This document shows, one piece after another, positions 14,473 to 27,501 of a DNA stretch of 64,000 nucleotides. Origin of the DNA: Mytilus californianus (Eukaryota); assembly GCF_021869535.1 (NCBI RefSeq), contig NW_026262581.1:86056001-86120000 (forward strand), given 5' to 3'. Numbering within the stretch: position 1 is the first letter of the stretch; each line of letters starts with the position of its first letter. The translations under genes were made by a program, and so were the position numbers. The notes under the pieces are model-generated. The model was not told the origin of the DNA, ran no database searches, and saw only the letters and a program-made list of their open reading frames with translations.

Positions 14473-15740
14473 TGATAACTTGTCAAATTTGGGATGGTAA
14501 GTCAGCACAAACGGCACTCTTTTGTTGACCTTTTTGTCTTTATATTATAAAAGTTCATCCCATTTACAATATAAAGACAAAAAGGACAACAAAAGAGTGC
14601 CGTTTGTGCTGACTTACCGTCCCAAATTTGACAAGTTATCACACCTTATCCGCGAAATTGGAAAGAAATCGAAAAACATCCTAAACTATCCAAGATGTTT
14701 CCCGAGCCACCTCTATACTGGCTTTCCGTAGGCTCAAAAGGTTTAAAGACTTGCTGGTGAGAGCTGATTTATCCTCTATATCAGGCTCTCCGTCTGTGCG
14801 CTCTTGCAAGGGATGCGGAAACAAACGATGTCTGACTTGCAAGCAAATACTGAATACCTAGACTTTTAACAGTCACTCCACTGGTACGGAATACACCATA
14901 TTTTGCAATGTTAATGGCAAGACTACAAATGCTGTGTATCTTCTACAATCTACAATGTAAATGTTGTAAACAGCATGTTGGCGAGTCAGAACAGCCATTT
15001 CCCAAACGTAATACTGGCTATCGTAGCGACTATGAATGCAAGCCAGACCTTCCTCTCAGTCGATATTTGAGATCCCCTGGTCACACTAAGGCAGATCTCA
15101 ATCGGCTGACCATTACAATCATAGAACACAACACTGCTTGGTCTAGGGAGAATAGACTCACTTGTGTTAAAAAAATTAAAAACTTTGGTACCAATGGGAT
15201 CAATGAAAAGGTGTAGTTCTAATTCGCGCAGTGCTTTTCATTTGGGTTATATTACATATTACTACGCAGTCTCTGTTGTTATTCCTTTACCTTTGTCAAC
15301 TCTGAAATTCTAGAATTATGCCAGTTTAAATCGCAGGGTACTATTCATTTGTGATGTATAAATACACAGCCACAATGTAATTACTAAACCTTTGTCAAAA
15401 TTAAAAAAAAATATGAAACTGCTATTTATTTGGGATGTGTAAATACGCAGCATCTGTTGTAATTACTCTACCTTCGTTCTACGCAGTCTTTGTTGTAATA
15501 ACTCAACTTTCGTACCAGTTCATATTACTATTTCTGTTAGAAGCATATCTATGCAGTCTCTGTTGTAAATACCTAACCTACGTCATTTTTGAAATTTTAG
15601 AATTGTACAATTGTTGTTTGGTTTTAATTGTATAAATTTAAAGATTGTTATAGTTAAATCAGAATAGATTGATATGATTCATTTAACATCATAATCATAC
15701 TGATGAAGGATATTTTTTATCCGAAATATCTATAGATAAT
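14473..15740 (+). mobile_element. 5'-truncated Penelope-like element: RT thumb and GIY-YIG endonuclease relic, 5' inversion, 3' hammerhead
   Basis: RVPFVLTY, CGNKRCLTC, CKCCKQHVGESEQ, TITIIE, GINE motifs with stops and frameshifts; 74-bp inverted 5' segment. Confidence 0.85.
15694..15737 (+). ncRNA. Minimal hammerhead-like ribozyme in the Penelope 3' region
   Basis: AUCAUA-CUGAUGA-A-GGAUA(UUUUU)UAUCC-GAA-AUAU-C-UAUAGAU; about 480 nt downstream of the GIY-YIG ORF, same strand. Confidence 0.55.
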
Positions 15741-15883
15741 TACATTTAATGTTTCCTTTTTTAATATTGGTGTTGTTTTGTACACTTTTTAGGCGTTTAT
15801 ATATATATATATATCTATATGAAAGTCAGTATGAATAATTATTTTAAACTTGAGAATTGATTTTATTCATATTATATTTTAAA

Positions 15884-16138
15884 TTGATTGATTGATTGAT
15901 AGATTGTTGGTGTTAAACGCCATTTTCAGCACTCTTGTCTATATCGTGCATGGTTGCCAGTTTTTATTGGTGGAGGAAGCCAGAGTGTCCTGAAACTCTG
16001 TTCTTCAGCAGAAACGGCAATCGTAGTCATTCAAGATCGGAGTCTAACGCACCTGCCACATGCGGGGTTCGAACTCACAACTTCAGTGCTGGATCGCTGT
16101 AGAGGAACAACTAAAATCACTCTGCCACCGAGACCCCT
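15884..16138 (-). mobile_element. tRNA-derived SINE with (TCAA)n tail
   Basis: A box (CTCGGTGGCAGAGTG), B box (GAGTTCGAACCCC), ATTG-repeat tail on the + strand. Confidence 0.7.
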
Positions 16139-17116
16139 TATTTTCAATCGAAGTCAAGCATTTAGTTTTATAGTCCTTTCTTAAGCGCCTGCAAAAATAG
16201 GGTTAAAATCAAGTCAAGTGAAAAGAATGCCTTTCATTTTCAGCACTGTCGCCAATACGGATAGAAAATCGTAGCATTTAATCGCAACTTTCGCAATGAA
16301 AAAAGGGTTGAGTCAGAAGTATAGTATTTTCTAATTTCCCCTATTTTTTCTGAATCCCATATTCTCAAAGAAGTTAATTAATGTTAGAGAATGTCAATAT
16401 CTATTTCTGAGATGCAATGTAAAAAATGTTTCTAAAATAAATGATGTCGAAACTATAATTCCTCAAATAAACGTTTTCTTAAATTTTCAACCCGCTCAGC
16501 AGTAAAACCCTCGTAAAGTTTGGCGTCCGTTTGGGCGGGATGTATGAATCTAAAGCCACGTCCGGTCGGAGTGGGGAAGTCACATCCGATGCCTCGCGAA
16601 AAGAGAGGGCCCACATCCTGTACGTTAAAAAATCCTTGCAACAACTCTCTGAGGTGTTGGTATGTGACCTCTGTATCGAAAAAAAAACTAAATAACAAGT
16701 TTCCTTCCACATAGGGAGGTCCTCAAGCACAATACATCGACCCTTCAGATTGATAAGATGAGAGCCCAAGATACTTAATTCTACGCCCATTCAATCTCTT
16801 GTTGTTCAGAATAATTCTACAGATTTCAATGATTTGTGGACAAATGTATACAAGTGAGTATTGCATGTCCACATTTTAATGTAAAACAGTTACTGAAATT
16901 TAACAATAATATTGGATGTTTTCAAATGACAATATTTAAAATAGATATTTGGTGCAAATTAAGTCACAGGACAAGATCAGAACAACTTAAATTGGCAGTT
17001 TGATGTACAAACAATTTGAAAAAAATAAAAAAAGAATACAAACAAATATCAATCACTGCTTAACGTCTAGTGACAAATATTTCATGTATATTCGGGACGG
17101 GAATAACTCAAATTAT

Positions 17117-17878
17117 TATACCTCAGTATGTTTTTTCTATATAAAAAAGAATGAAATGTTTGTGCTTTTTCATTCCACAGACTATTGCCAGTCAATAGTT
17201 TCAAAGACTATTACCTAGGTCAATAGCTTTATAAACACATTTCCCGTACTTTTTCATACTAATTTTTCATTGGTCAACAATGACATCATTGACTATTCTG
17301 CTTGTATTTGTGCGCGCTTGGCAACGTTAAACTCTGAAATATCGTAAACGGTATAATCTGTATGTGTCTGTCGTTGTAATTTCAAATTAATATATTACTT
17401 ACCAGAAACAATTAAAAAAGAAAAAGAAAATATACGTGACATATAAAAACTAAAACATAACAAATGTATGGAATGTGTCTGTCGTCGTCTTCATAATCTG
17501 GGATTGCTTTGGTGTACGGTAATATATTTTAGCTAGCGTTTATTATATGCACGGGAATTTTTACACAATGATTCCTGGTCTTGATTACAGTAAATAAAAT
17601 ATTGACAAATACCACACGGGCAAAAAAAAAACAACCTGATAGTTCATCTTTGTGCATGTTTATGTGACTACTTGTTTTTTCCAAGTGGTGTATGTAGTCT
17701 TTTTAGAATGTTGTTTTGTTCGGTATAATAAAACACTTACTGACTGGTTATGAGTGTGATAGCAAGTTTGTTGTCCCTTTGATGCTAACTATTGCCCTCG
17801 GCTTCGCCTCGATCAATAGTTGGTATCTCAGGGACAACAAACTTGCTTTTACCCTCATAACCAGTCAATAGGTGTATA
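17117..17878. mobile_element. About 760-bp hairpin-ended element, copy 1
   Basis: Colinear with 27502-28203; terminal hairpin 17741-17867 with CTCGGCTTCGCCTCG loop. Confidence 0.7.
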
Positions 17879-18419
17879 TTTTTTTTTTATGGGGAGTTCG
17901 TAATGCTCAGTCTTTAAGTTTTCTATTTTGTTTGTCTTTTGTTCGTTTTTTCGTTCGTTTTTCGTTTTTTGCCATGGCATTGTCAGTTCGCTTTTCGTTT
18001 TTTGCCATGACATTGTCGGTTCGACTCACGACTATTTCGTTGGTATCTTCCGCCTCTCTTTAATCCAAACAAAAGGTCAGTTTTACAAGGTACTTGATGA
18101 AGGGTAAGAGTTTCTTAGAGTGAGGAACTAACTCTAAACGATGCAACATATTTTACGTCTTCAATCTGACCGGACGTGGCAGCGTATATAATAAATCTAG
18201 CAAGGCCTAACGAAAAGATTTTACTGCCGGACTAGTGGATGACTATATATCTTTACCTCGGTTAAACCTGTAACATTATTACATATAATACGTATACACA
18301 AACGTAATTTGTAAAATATTTGTTTCTATGTTTCCATACTACGCTCAACATCAATTTTGAAGTCGTACTGATAACGAACATTTACAATATGAAAAACAAA
18401 CAAACATTCATGTTATATC

Positions 18420-18650
18420 GAAAACCGTATAAAAAATGTACAACACTTTGTACGATTCCCATTTCTTATGCATACATGTAGCTCTGATTCTTGTCCGAGT
18501 TTTGTTACAATTTAGGTGCTATTCGGCCACGTTTATATCGGCTCTTCAACATTTGCACTCATTTTAGGCTTTTAAATATTTTGGCATGGAGCATCATTGA
18601 AGAGATATATTAATTTGTCGAAAGCACATCTATAGTGCAGTAAAATTGGT
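18420..18650 (+). mobile_element. Penelope-like 3' end relic with a decayed hammerhead
   Basis: GCATCATTGAAGAGATATTAATTTGTCGAAAG is similar to the 28.9-kb hammerhead. Confidence 0.5.
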
Positions 18651-19283
18651 ACTTTTTAATCTCATTTCAAAACCTTTATTTATATACTTTGAACACAATG
18701 CTTGTGCGAACGTAAAAATGGATTTACCCCAACCACGTTGTGTGCTGCATGATATGCACTTTATTGGATACCTCAAGTAGATGCAAAAAAGCGTTTTTTC
18801 ACGTGAGTCGTGACACGATACAGATGAGGGCTTAGATGAAGTCTTTTCACTGAACCGTGACTGATATCGATGACCTGAAGTCATACATATAAGGGGTTTG
18901 ATAAAACCTTTGCAAACCGTGAAAGATACAAATATCATCACAGAAATTGATACAACACGATTGCATTTGATAGTATTACACATACAATTTACTTGTTTTT
19001 ACTACTAAGTATATAGGCAAAGGATGACCTATAAAAAGAGTAACTATTTCACCCTGGAAATAGTAAAAAAGTCTAAATTCTTTTAGAATGATGTTAATCC
19101 AATTTTGTTCAAATTGTTCGATAATACAGTGTCGACACTATGGGCAGAAATATCAGTTGTGTTGTTACTACAAATGTATATCGTCGGAAACGTACCATGT
19201 AATTTTTATGACCTAAAATAGTCCTTTTACAGATTTTTTTTTAGCAAAATTAAATATGAGTAAAAAACCTACTCCAAAAAAGA

Positions 19284-19673
19284 TACTCCACTAGTGGCAT
19301 CAATCGTGTTGTTCATTCAAAGTAATTTCTGTTATAAGTCGCATGTGTTGTGTCAGCAGTTCCTACTCCACTAGTGGTATCAATCGTGTTGTTCATTCAA
19401 AGTAATTTCTGTTATAAGTCGCATGTGTTGTGTCAGCAGTTCCTACTCCACTAGTGGTATCAATCGTGTTGTTCATTCAAAGTAATTTCTGCTATAAGTT
19501 GCATGTGTTGTGTCAGCAGTTCCTACTCCACTAGTGGTATCAATCGTGTTGTTCATTCAAAGTAATTTCTGTTATAAGTCGCATGTGTTGTGTCAGCAGT
19601 TCCTACTCCACTAGTGGCATCAATCGTGTTGTTCATTCAAAGTAATTTCTGTTATAAGTCGCATGTGTTGTGT
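19284..19673. repeat. 80-bp tandem repeat, about 4.9 copies
   Basis: TACTCCACTAGTGG recurs every 80 nt; near-identical units. Confidence 0.95.
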
Positions 19674-21627
19674 TCCAATCCAAGAAAAGAGGCTGGGATC
19701 GGGGATGCGACAAGAGGAACATATATTCGTGGTCTTCTGTGACATTTATATTCCATAACGGTCTACCAAATCATTATTGAGTCCGTAAAACTTTCAACTT
19801 TACAATTAAGAACACCCCTGGTTAATTTTAGTTGCTTCTAATCATGATGAAAAACACATGCTATTGAATATTGCATGAACACATTCTTTATGGCATTAAT
19901 GTACCTGTAAAGGCGAAAGCCTAGCTGTAATTCAGGGGTTATTGTTGATCGTTGAATGAACAAGTAATAGCTTTTCTAAAAAGCTAGCCGTCTTTAGCTG
20001 ATGAAAGTGGAAAATGTTTTTGCTATGTAGTTTAATTCATTCAGAAAAGCCTTGTAAATAAATTGTAGTGGATTACAAAACTTATAAAAGGATTACACAA
20101 TTTTTTAGATTCACCAATATCTTTCTTGGGGGAATCTATTCACACAGGAAACGGAGGGGTAATGTCTTATTCATCTGCGTTTGTACCTTTTTATCGATTA
20201 TTTTATTTTTCAAACAGATATATTATTCGTTTACTTTTTCTTTGGTTGTTTGCTTATTTCTTTGTCTTAGAAAAGTATGACCGCTTCCACCTGAATGTTT
20301 CTCATTCATAATAGGCATCGAAAATTGCAAGGAATGAAGCGTAGTAAAATTTAAACATATAAGAACACAAATGATTTATTTCAAACGGTATCTCACATCT
20401 TTTCAAAAATTATCCTTAAAATGAAAAGCTTTACATACTATGTATGGTCTTTTTTTATATCTTGTCTATTCATTGTAGTTGGACTGCAATGTGGACTGCC
20501 CAACGCCTGTTTTTCTATATTTGAAAAATGAGTATCCTTACAATTAAATGTTTCTCTTTTGAAAAAAAAAATACTCAAAAGGGTAATTTGTTATACAAGA
20601 CCTATTGCAAGCGCTTGAAATTCAAAAGATAGTAGTTTCGCCATTTTTTTTCAAATTATCATATTACTATAATGTCATTTGCTATTAAGAAGGTGATAAG
20701 TTCTGCAAAGCTATTTTAGATTCACTATGAGGCCATCAACATAATAGAATCAACAAATTTTACCAAAAAACTTTATTAAGCATGCAGTTTGATACTGTTT
20801 ATTTTTGTTTTACTTGTATATGTCTTCATATGTCTTGGGTGACGAATAAGACCCTTATCGTACTTGCCCTTCAAAGCTTGGCATACTGGATTGACATAAC
20901 CTTTTGTGGGAGACTGTTCGTATGTTGATATATAAATGTTTTTTTTTATTATGATCATAGTATATGTATGTCTATAAAGTTTTCTTTTTTTTTCTTTTTT
21001 TTTTTTATACTGATAAATGGACTCACTTTTTAAGTCAACATTACACTTTTGCACTGATAGCAGCAATCGCAGCGAGAAACAGGGTTCCGTGGAACCCATT
21101 ACGATTTTTTTTGCTATTAAGATATTTTTTTACATGTATTCACAACTATGCTATATATTATAGCTAGACATGGGAGGATAAAAAACTTAAAATATTGTAA
21201 TGATATATCCATTGTAAAAGACCGTATGTTGAACTTTAGAAGTATATTGGTTTTTTGTTTGTTATTGTTGTTTAATTGGGTTACTTTCTAAATACATTAT
21301 GTATACTTCACATCTCCTTTTAAATCATGCATAAATAATAAACATTGCTTAAAATATGCTAGCATACATGTATAATTGCTTTACTCGTCTGAGAGTAGTT
21401 TTTTTTTCTTCTTCTTATGTTCCCCTTTAGAGTTTTCTTTTTTGTCTTCTGTTCTTCAACGTCTGCTATCTTGATAGAAGAGCTAGGGAGAGCTAGGACA
21501 GCGGATGGGGTATGTGGAGGGGGGCACTTATTATAATGAGTGGAAGAGATGAGCCGCTTGTAGAGTGTAGGTGAAATATATAAGAAGGTTGATGATTGTG
21601 AATCTGAAACTAATCAGATGTCGATAT

Positions 21628-22748
21628 GTTTTGTCGAGCCTGCGACTTTTGTCGCAGAAAACTCGAAATAGGAAGTGATCCGGCGGCGGCGGCGGCAACA
21701 GCGGCGGCGTTAGCTAACTTCTTAAAAGCTTAATATTTTAGAAGGTAGAATACCTGGATCCTTCATACTTTGTATATAGATGCCTTATGTTATGAAGTTT
21801 CCGTCTGTCATATGTCCATCGACCTTGACCTCATTTTCATGGTTCAGTGACTATACTTGAAAAAAAAGTTAAGATTTTTAGTATTCTTAATTTCTCTCTT
21901 TTAATGATTAATAGGGTAACTATATTTGGTATTTGCGTACCTTGCAAGGTCTCATGCCCGTCAGACAGTTTTCACTTGACTTCGACCTCATTTCATGGAT
22001 CAGTGAACAAGGTTAAGTTTTGGTGGTCAAGTCCATATCTCAGATACTATAAGCAATAGGTCTACTATATTTGGTGTATGGAATGATTGTTAGGTGTACA
22101 TGTCTAACTGGCAGGTGTCATCTGACCTTGACCTCATTTTCATGGTTCAGTGGTTATAGTTAAGTTTTTGTGTTTTGGTCTGTTTTTCTTGTTCTCTATG
22201 CAACAGGTCTATTATGTTTGGTGTATAGAATGTGTGTAAGGTGTACATGTACAACTGGCAGGTGTCATCTGACCTTGCCCTCATTTTCATGGTTCATTGG
22301 TTAAAGTTAAGTTTTTGTGTTTTGGTCTGTTTTTCTTATACTATATGCAATAGGTGAACTATTTAGTGTATGGAAATATTTTAGGATGTACATGGCTGTC
22401 TCGCAGGTTTTAACTGACCTTGACCTGATTTTCATGGTTCATTGCTCAGTGTTAAAATTGGTGTTTTGGTCTATTTTTGTTCAACTGTAAGCAATAGGTC
22501 AACTATATTTGGTGTATGGAATGTTTATAAGGTGTTTATGTCTGTCCGCCAGGTATCATATGACCTTATCCCCTTTTACATGGCTCATTGGTCAATGTTA
22601 AGTTTTAATGCTGAACTTTGTTTCTTAGAAAATATAAGCAATAGTCAACTATATTTGGTGTATGAAATGATTGTAAGGCGTATCTGTCTGTCTGGCAGGG
22701 TTCATATGACCTTGACCTTATTTTCATGGTTCATAGGTCAATGTTAGT
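21628..22748 (+). mobile_element. Helentron-associated non-autonomous element (HINE/pearl type) with about 146-bp internal tandem units
   Basis: Head hairpin CTGCGAC-TTTT-GTCGCAG, (GGC)n microsatellite, about 6 units containing TGACCTTGACCTCATTTTCATGG. Confidence 0.75.
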
Positions 22749-25700
22749 TTTTTTTCATTCTTCACTACCATCTTTAATCACAATAATCAATATCAATGGT
22801 ATATCACTAAGTTATTTCAATCTTAACCACAGTTATCCCTCATATCTTCATATAGCGGATAATAACCTAATTTAGTAGTATGAAGACACTATGATAGTTG
22901 TCTTCAGCAGGCCTGGCAACAGCTTTAGTGTTCATATAGGCATCAGCAGCAGCGACATTATCACATTATTTACAGCTTAAAATTTATAATGTATGTCTGA
23001 TAGCATTTACTTTCAACATAACTTCAATTAGAAATACACGACAGGCGAGACATTTCTGTGTGTCCACTCTTGTTTACAGATGCAATTAAAATTACTGTCG
23101 TTAATGCTTAAGACATTTGTCAACTCTATTTATCTCCACATGAAATAGCGTGACAAAATTAATGATAGCTATATGTAGGTATAATTATTGTAAAAAAATA
23201 TGATAGCTATGGTATGTTCTTTTGTTATTCAAAATATATGAAAAGGGTGGGGTATTGGATGTCTCAGCTAATCATCCCTACCATAAAAGGTCGAAGTGCC
23301 GCCGCCCCCTGAGATAAAGATTCCATCATGTAAACTAATATTAGTTGAAAATACCGGCAAATGATTTGGATATCTCCGTTTGCAATGTTTTTCCTGCCTT
23401 TTGATTATCTTACTAAGAATACATATCTATAATCAACGAAAAAAGATTGCGCGATGTTATCCTATGTTTTCGTGTATAAAATGTACGTATAACTTGGCAG
23501 TGCGACTGGATTGAATGTGAAATAATCACGTGCGCGTTTACAAAATTTGAGGAGTTTCGGCTATTTATAGATAAGTATTACCTGTGTACCGATATGTATG
23601 TATGATTGGTAAACAGGCAAAATCTAATTGCTAAAATAAAGAGTTCAAATCCGACACTCTACGGGATTAACAGACATTGACTAGGTTATGATTGTCCCAA
23701 CCAATCAACAAACTTCACTATTATTAAAGTCAGTAATTATCTTCCAATCAGATATTAAGAAGCATTCAGCCCGCAGACTGTGCATCGTTCAACTCTTAAG
23801 ACCGTCTCCAAGGAGACCGAGAATATTTGCTATGAGTTTATTGTTTCAGCATAAATCAGGATGCTGGTTTACTCGATTTAAGTGGTAAACATTTTGTCAT
23901 ACCAGCCGTGGGTGTTTGTTATTTTAATACAGAAACTCGTTACGGATGACTTTAACTAGTCCTTTTCTAATGCATTTCATGATATGATGATATAATGATT
24001 TTTGTTTGCCTAACCTACTTTGTCAAGTATTTCATTAATAACGAGACAGATAAATAATAAATTTAATATGAAGTTCCTTCTAATCATGATGGAAAACACG
24101 CTATTGAATATTGCATGAACTCCGAGATGTATACTCCATATATAGGTACTGCAAGAGTATTACTTCAAATCAATTAATTTTGTCTAGAGATGTCCTTCGA
24201 TGTATTTTTTCTTCTTCAAAAACAATTAAAATTTGTAATATTGTCTTCAACAGCAATATGTTGCAACGAGGAAAATTTTGAATTAATGGAAATGTGCATG
24301 TGAAGTTGTTGACAAATGTTTTAAGTTTTATTTAAGAAAGGTAACCTGTAAAAATTAAATCGCTAGAAATGTCGGTAAGATTATACTCTAATGAGGAAAA
24401 GGAATACATATTTAAAGCACTACTGTATTTGTTTTGTATTTTTATTGAATGGAAAACTATCTTTCGTATATAGTAGTCACGTGATAATATATTCTATAAG
24501 AAGAAAAACTGTATCTAATCCCGAAATTCCAAGATTCTTGTTCCTCCGTATTTTCTACGTGATTTCCGATAAATGATTCAAGTTTGTAAAAAGTGTAATA
24601 TGTGGTACAGTTTTTTTTATATTACAGTTCTTTCAAACAATTTTGATTTCTCGTCAATTTTAACCTCTATATTGTTATTTTTATTAGATGATTAATGATC
24701 TTTGAACTTTGTTTAATGGATTAAGTTTTAGTTATCTAAAACGTTATAAAATAATGTCGAATGGTAACGTTAGATTTGTTTTCCAGTTGACTACTTTCTA
24801 GCTGAACTGCGTTCGTAATTCTAGATATGACTTGAAGATCGATTTTCTTAATAATATTTTGTAAGAACAAATGTGCAAAAAATAGTATTGTTCTAGTTGA
24901 AGACATAAACATTGATAAATAACAGTTTAAAATTTTACATCATACATAATGTTTACTTTGAAATAGATAATTCATTTTGAAGACGGAAGTTTCGAATAAA
25001 AAAGTATATAATAGATTTAAGGTAAATATTTGAGCTTCAATTAAGACAGCTTTATTATGAACCCTATAACACAGTCCAATAAATCAAACAGCTGATTTTC
25101 TCTTTAGAACTGTTTCGCATTTTTTCATGCCATGACGTTTTATAACTTCCTATACGGTGTGGGTTTTGCTTATAAATAAAGGACAGGCGATGACCTATGA
25201 TTGTTTACATCCACGTCCTTTGGACTGGTGGTTAGTTGTCTCATTAGCAATCATATCACATCTACTCATTTCTATATCCGATGTTCATTGGACATTAGTT
25301 TGTCAGATGTCGTGAATTTTTAACAGTTGCTTATTTAATAGCAATTTGATTAATCGAATTTATTCCGAAAATCAATCAAAAGTGTAATATTTCAAAACAT
25401 TTTACAAACATGTGGCCCTTTAGGGTCTTTTATGATATTTCATTTGAAATTAATGCGATCAATATGGTATTCGAGTGAGTTATGTAGTCGCCATGAAAAA
25501 TTATTTAGTTTGAAACCAATTACAATGCGAATGACACTTGATTTAGATTACTGGAATCTCACCTTAGCTAGAGACTAAATGTTTTAGACAATCAAATACA
25601 TAAGTCATTAAGGAGCGTCAAAACAAAAAACTTATACAAAACTACCAAACTCTTATTATCAAGTTTACTTTGTGAATACAACACATCATTTTACTATGAT

Positions 25701-27501
25701 TTTGAATCAGAGGAAATGTAAGAGGAAAAGTACCCTGACAAGGCTTTCAAATGTAAAATTTTCAATTCAAACATTTTACCATATATTTTAATTAGCATTG
25801 AACTATATGACGAACCTTAAAGAATGACTTTGATATTGAGGATGGTCACCTTTACCTCGCCCATCAAACGAATAAGCCCTCTCGTAGAGGGGCGTTTGTT
25901 TGGCCGTGCAGGATATATAAATAAGTAGCCACGGCCGGTAGAATGGTTATATTAAATCTGATTACTCCTGTAGGAAGAATACAGCACTCTTTGCAAATAA
26001 AAAGTGCCCTTGCAATAACTATTTGAGCGCTGCGGAGGTGATCTGTTGCAAGAATATCTGTCGTTATTTAACAAACCTCCTTTTCTCGCCGTAGCATAAA
26101 GGAGAAGGAATGATAATGCAACTTTTGGTTCCCCCTTCACATCGAACAGTATTATAAATCCATAAAAGCAACATCCACCAGGAGACTGTGACTCGGTGGT
26201 TGTCGTTCTTTGCTGTCTGTCATAACGGTTTTTCGTTATTGTTTTAGAATAAATCAGGACGTTGGTTTTCTCTTTTGAATTGTTTCACATTTCTTCTTCT
26301 CATGGGGCTTTTATGTATAGCTTACGGTACAATGTTGGTTTGGCTTATTTTTAAAGTCCGAACGGTGCCCTATAATTGTTTTTATTCTCTTCCTTTTGTC
26401 TATGATGAATAGTTGTCTCAATCTGTTGGCAATCTTACCACATTTTTTTTTATGTTTTAATGTTCATTAGACATAAGTTTGTCAGATATCACTATTGATA
26501 TGTTTGAATTTCGTCTTACTTTTTTCTTTAAGGTATCAAACCTCTTTCTGTAATACAAAACAGGGAGGAAACCTTTCAAAATAGATTCGCTTCAGATCTT
26601 GTCATTCATATTTAGTCAAGAGCCAATGCTAGTCCTAAAAGAAATTTTCTTCAAGATGCCATACAAAAAGATGTTGGTTCAAGTCTAATTTTTCGAAAAC
26701 TGTGATTAAATGTTCATTTCAGGTTCAATTCGTAAATTACATCATGATGACAACACAGTTGATATTTCTACGCTAAAGTGTCCAGTTGTTGCATCCTAAT
26801 TATTTATCAATAAAATTTACAGAATATTGAAAAAACTTGAAGAATTTTACATTTTTTGCAGTTTCACGGGCTAAATAATGACTGTTATCATACCTCACCC
26901 TCTACCGCCATTCACCTCAGTCGATTTACTTTGAAGATTAGAACCTCCATATTAAATTTATTATTTATCTGTTCTCGTTATTAATGAAATAATTGACAAT
27001 GTAGGTTAGGCAAACAAAAATCATTATATCATCATACCATGAAATGCATTAGAAAAGGACTAGTTAAAGTCATCCGTAACGAGTTTCTGTATTAAAATAA
27101 CAAACACCCACGGCTGGTATGACAAAATGTTTACCACTTTAATCGAGTAAACCAGCATCCTGATTTATGCTGAAACAATAAACTCATAGCAAATATTTCA
27201 TCCAACGATCAACAATAACCCCTGAATTACAGCTAGGCTTTCGCCTTAACAGATACATTAATGCCATAAAAAATGTGTCAGAGTTAAACGTCTTTCTAAA
27301 CACTATACCTTCTTCGACCCCCGCTAGGACAAATACACAAGAACACACTTTGAAATTGAAAGGATTTGACTCATGAGTTCGACACGACGCTAAAACAACT
27401 AACAAAAAGACGAAAGACACAAGCACTGATCCAAGACTACTCTTAATTATTGAAAGTTTATTAAAATCTCACTACAACTATAATAAATAAACTTAATTAT
27501 A

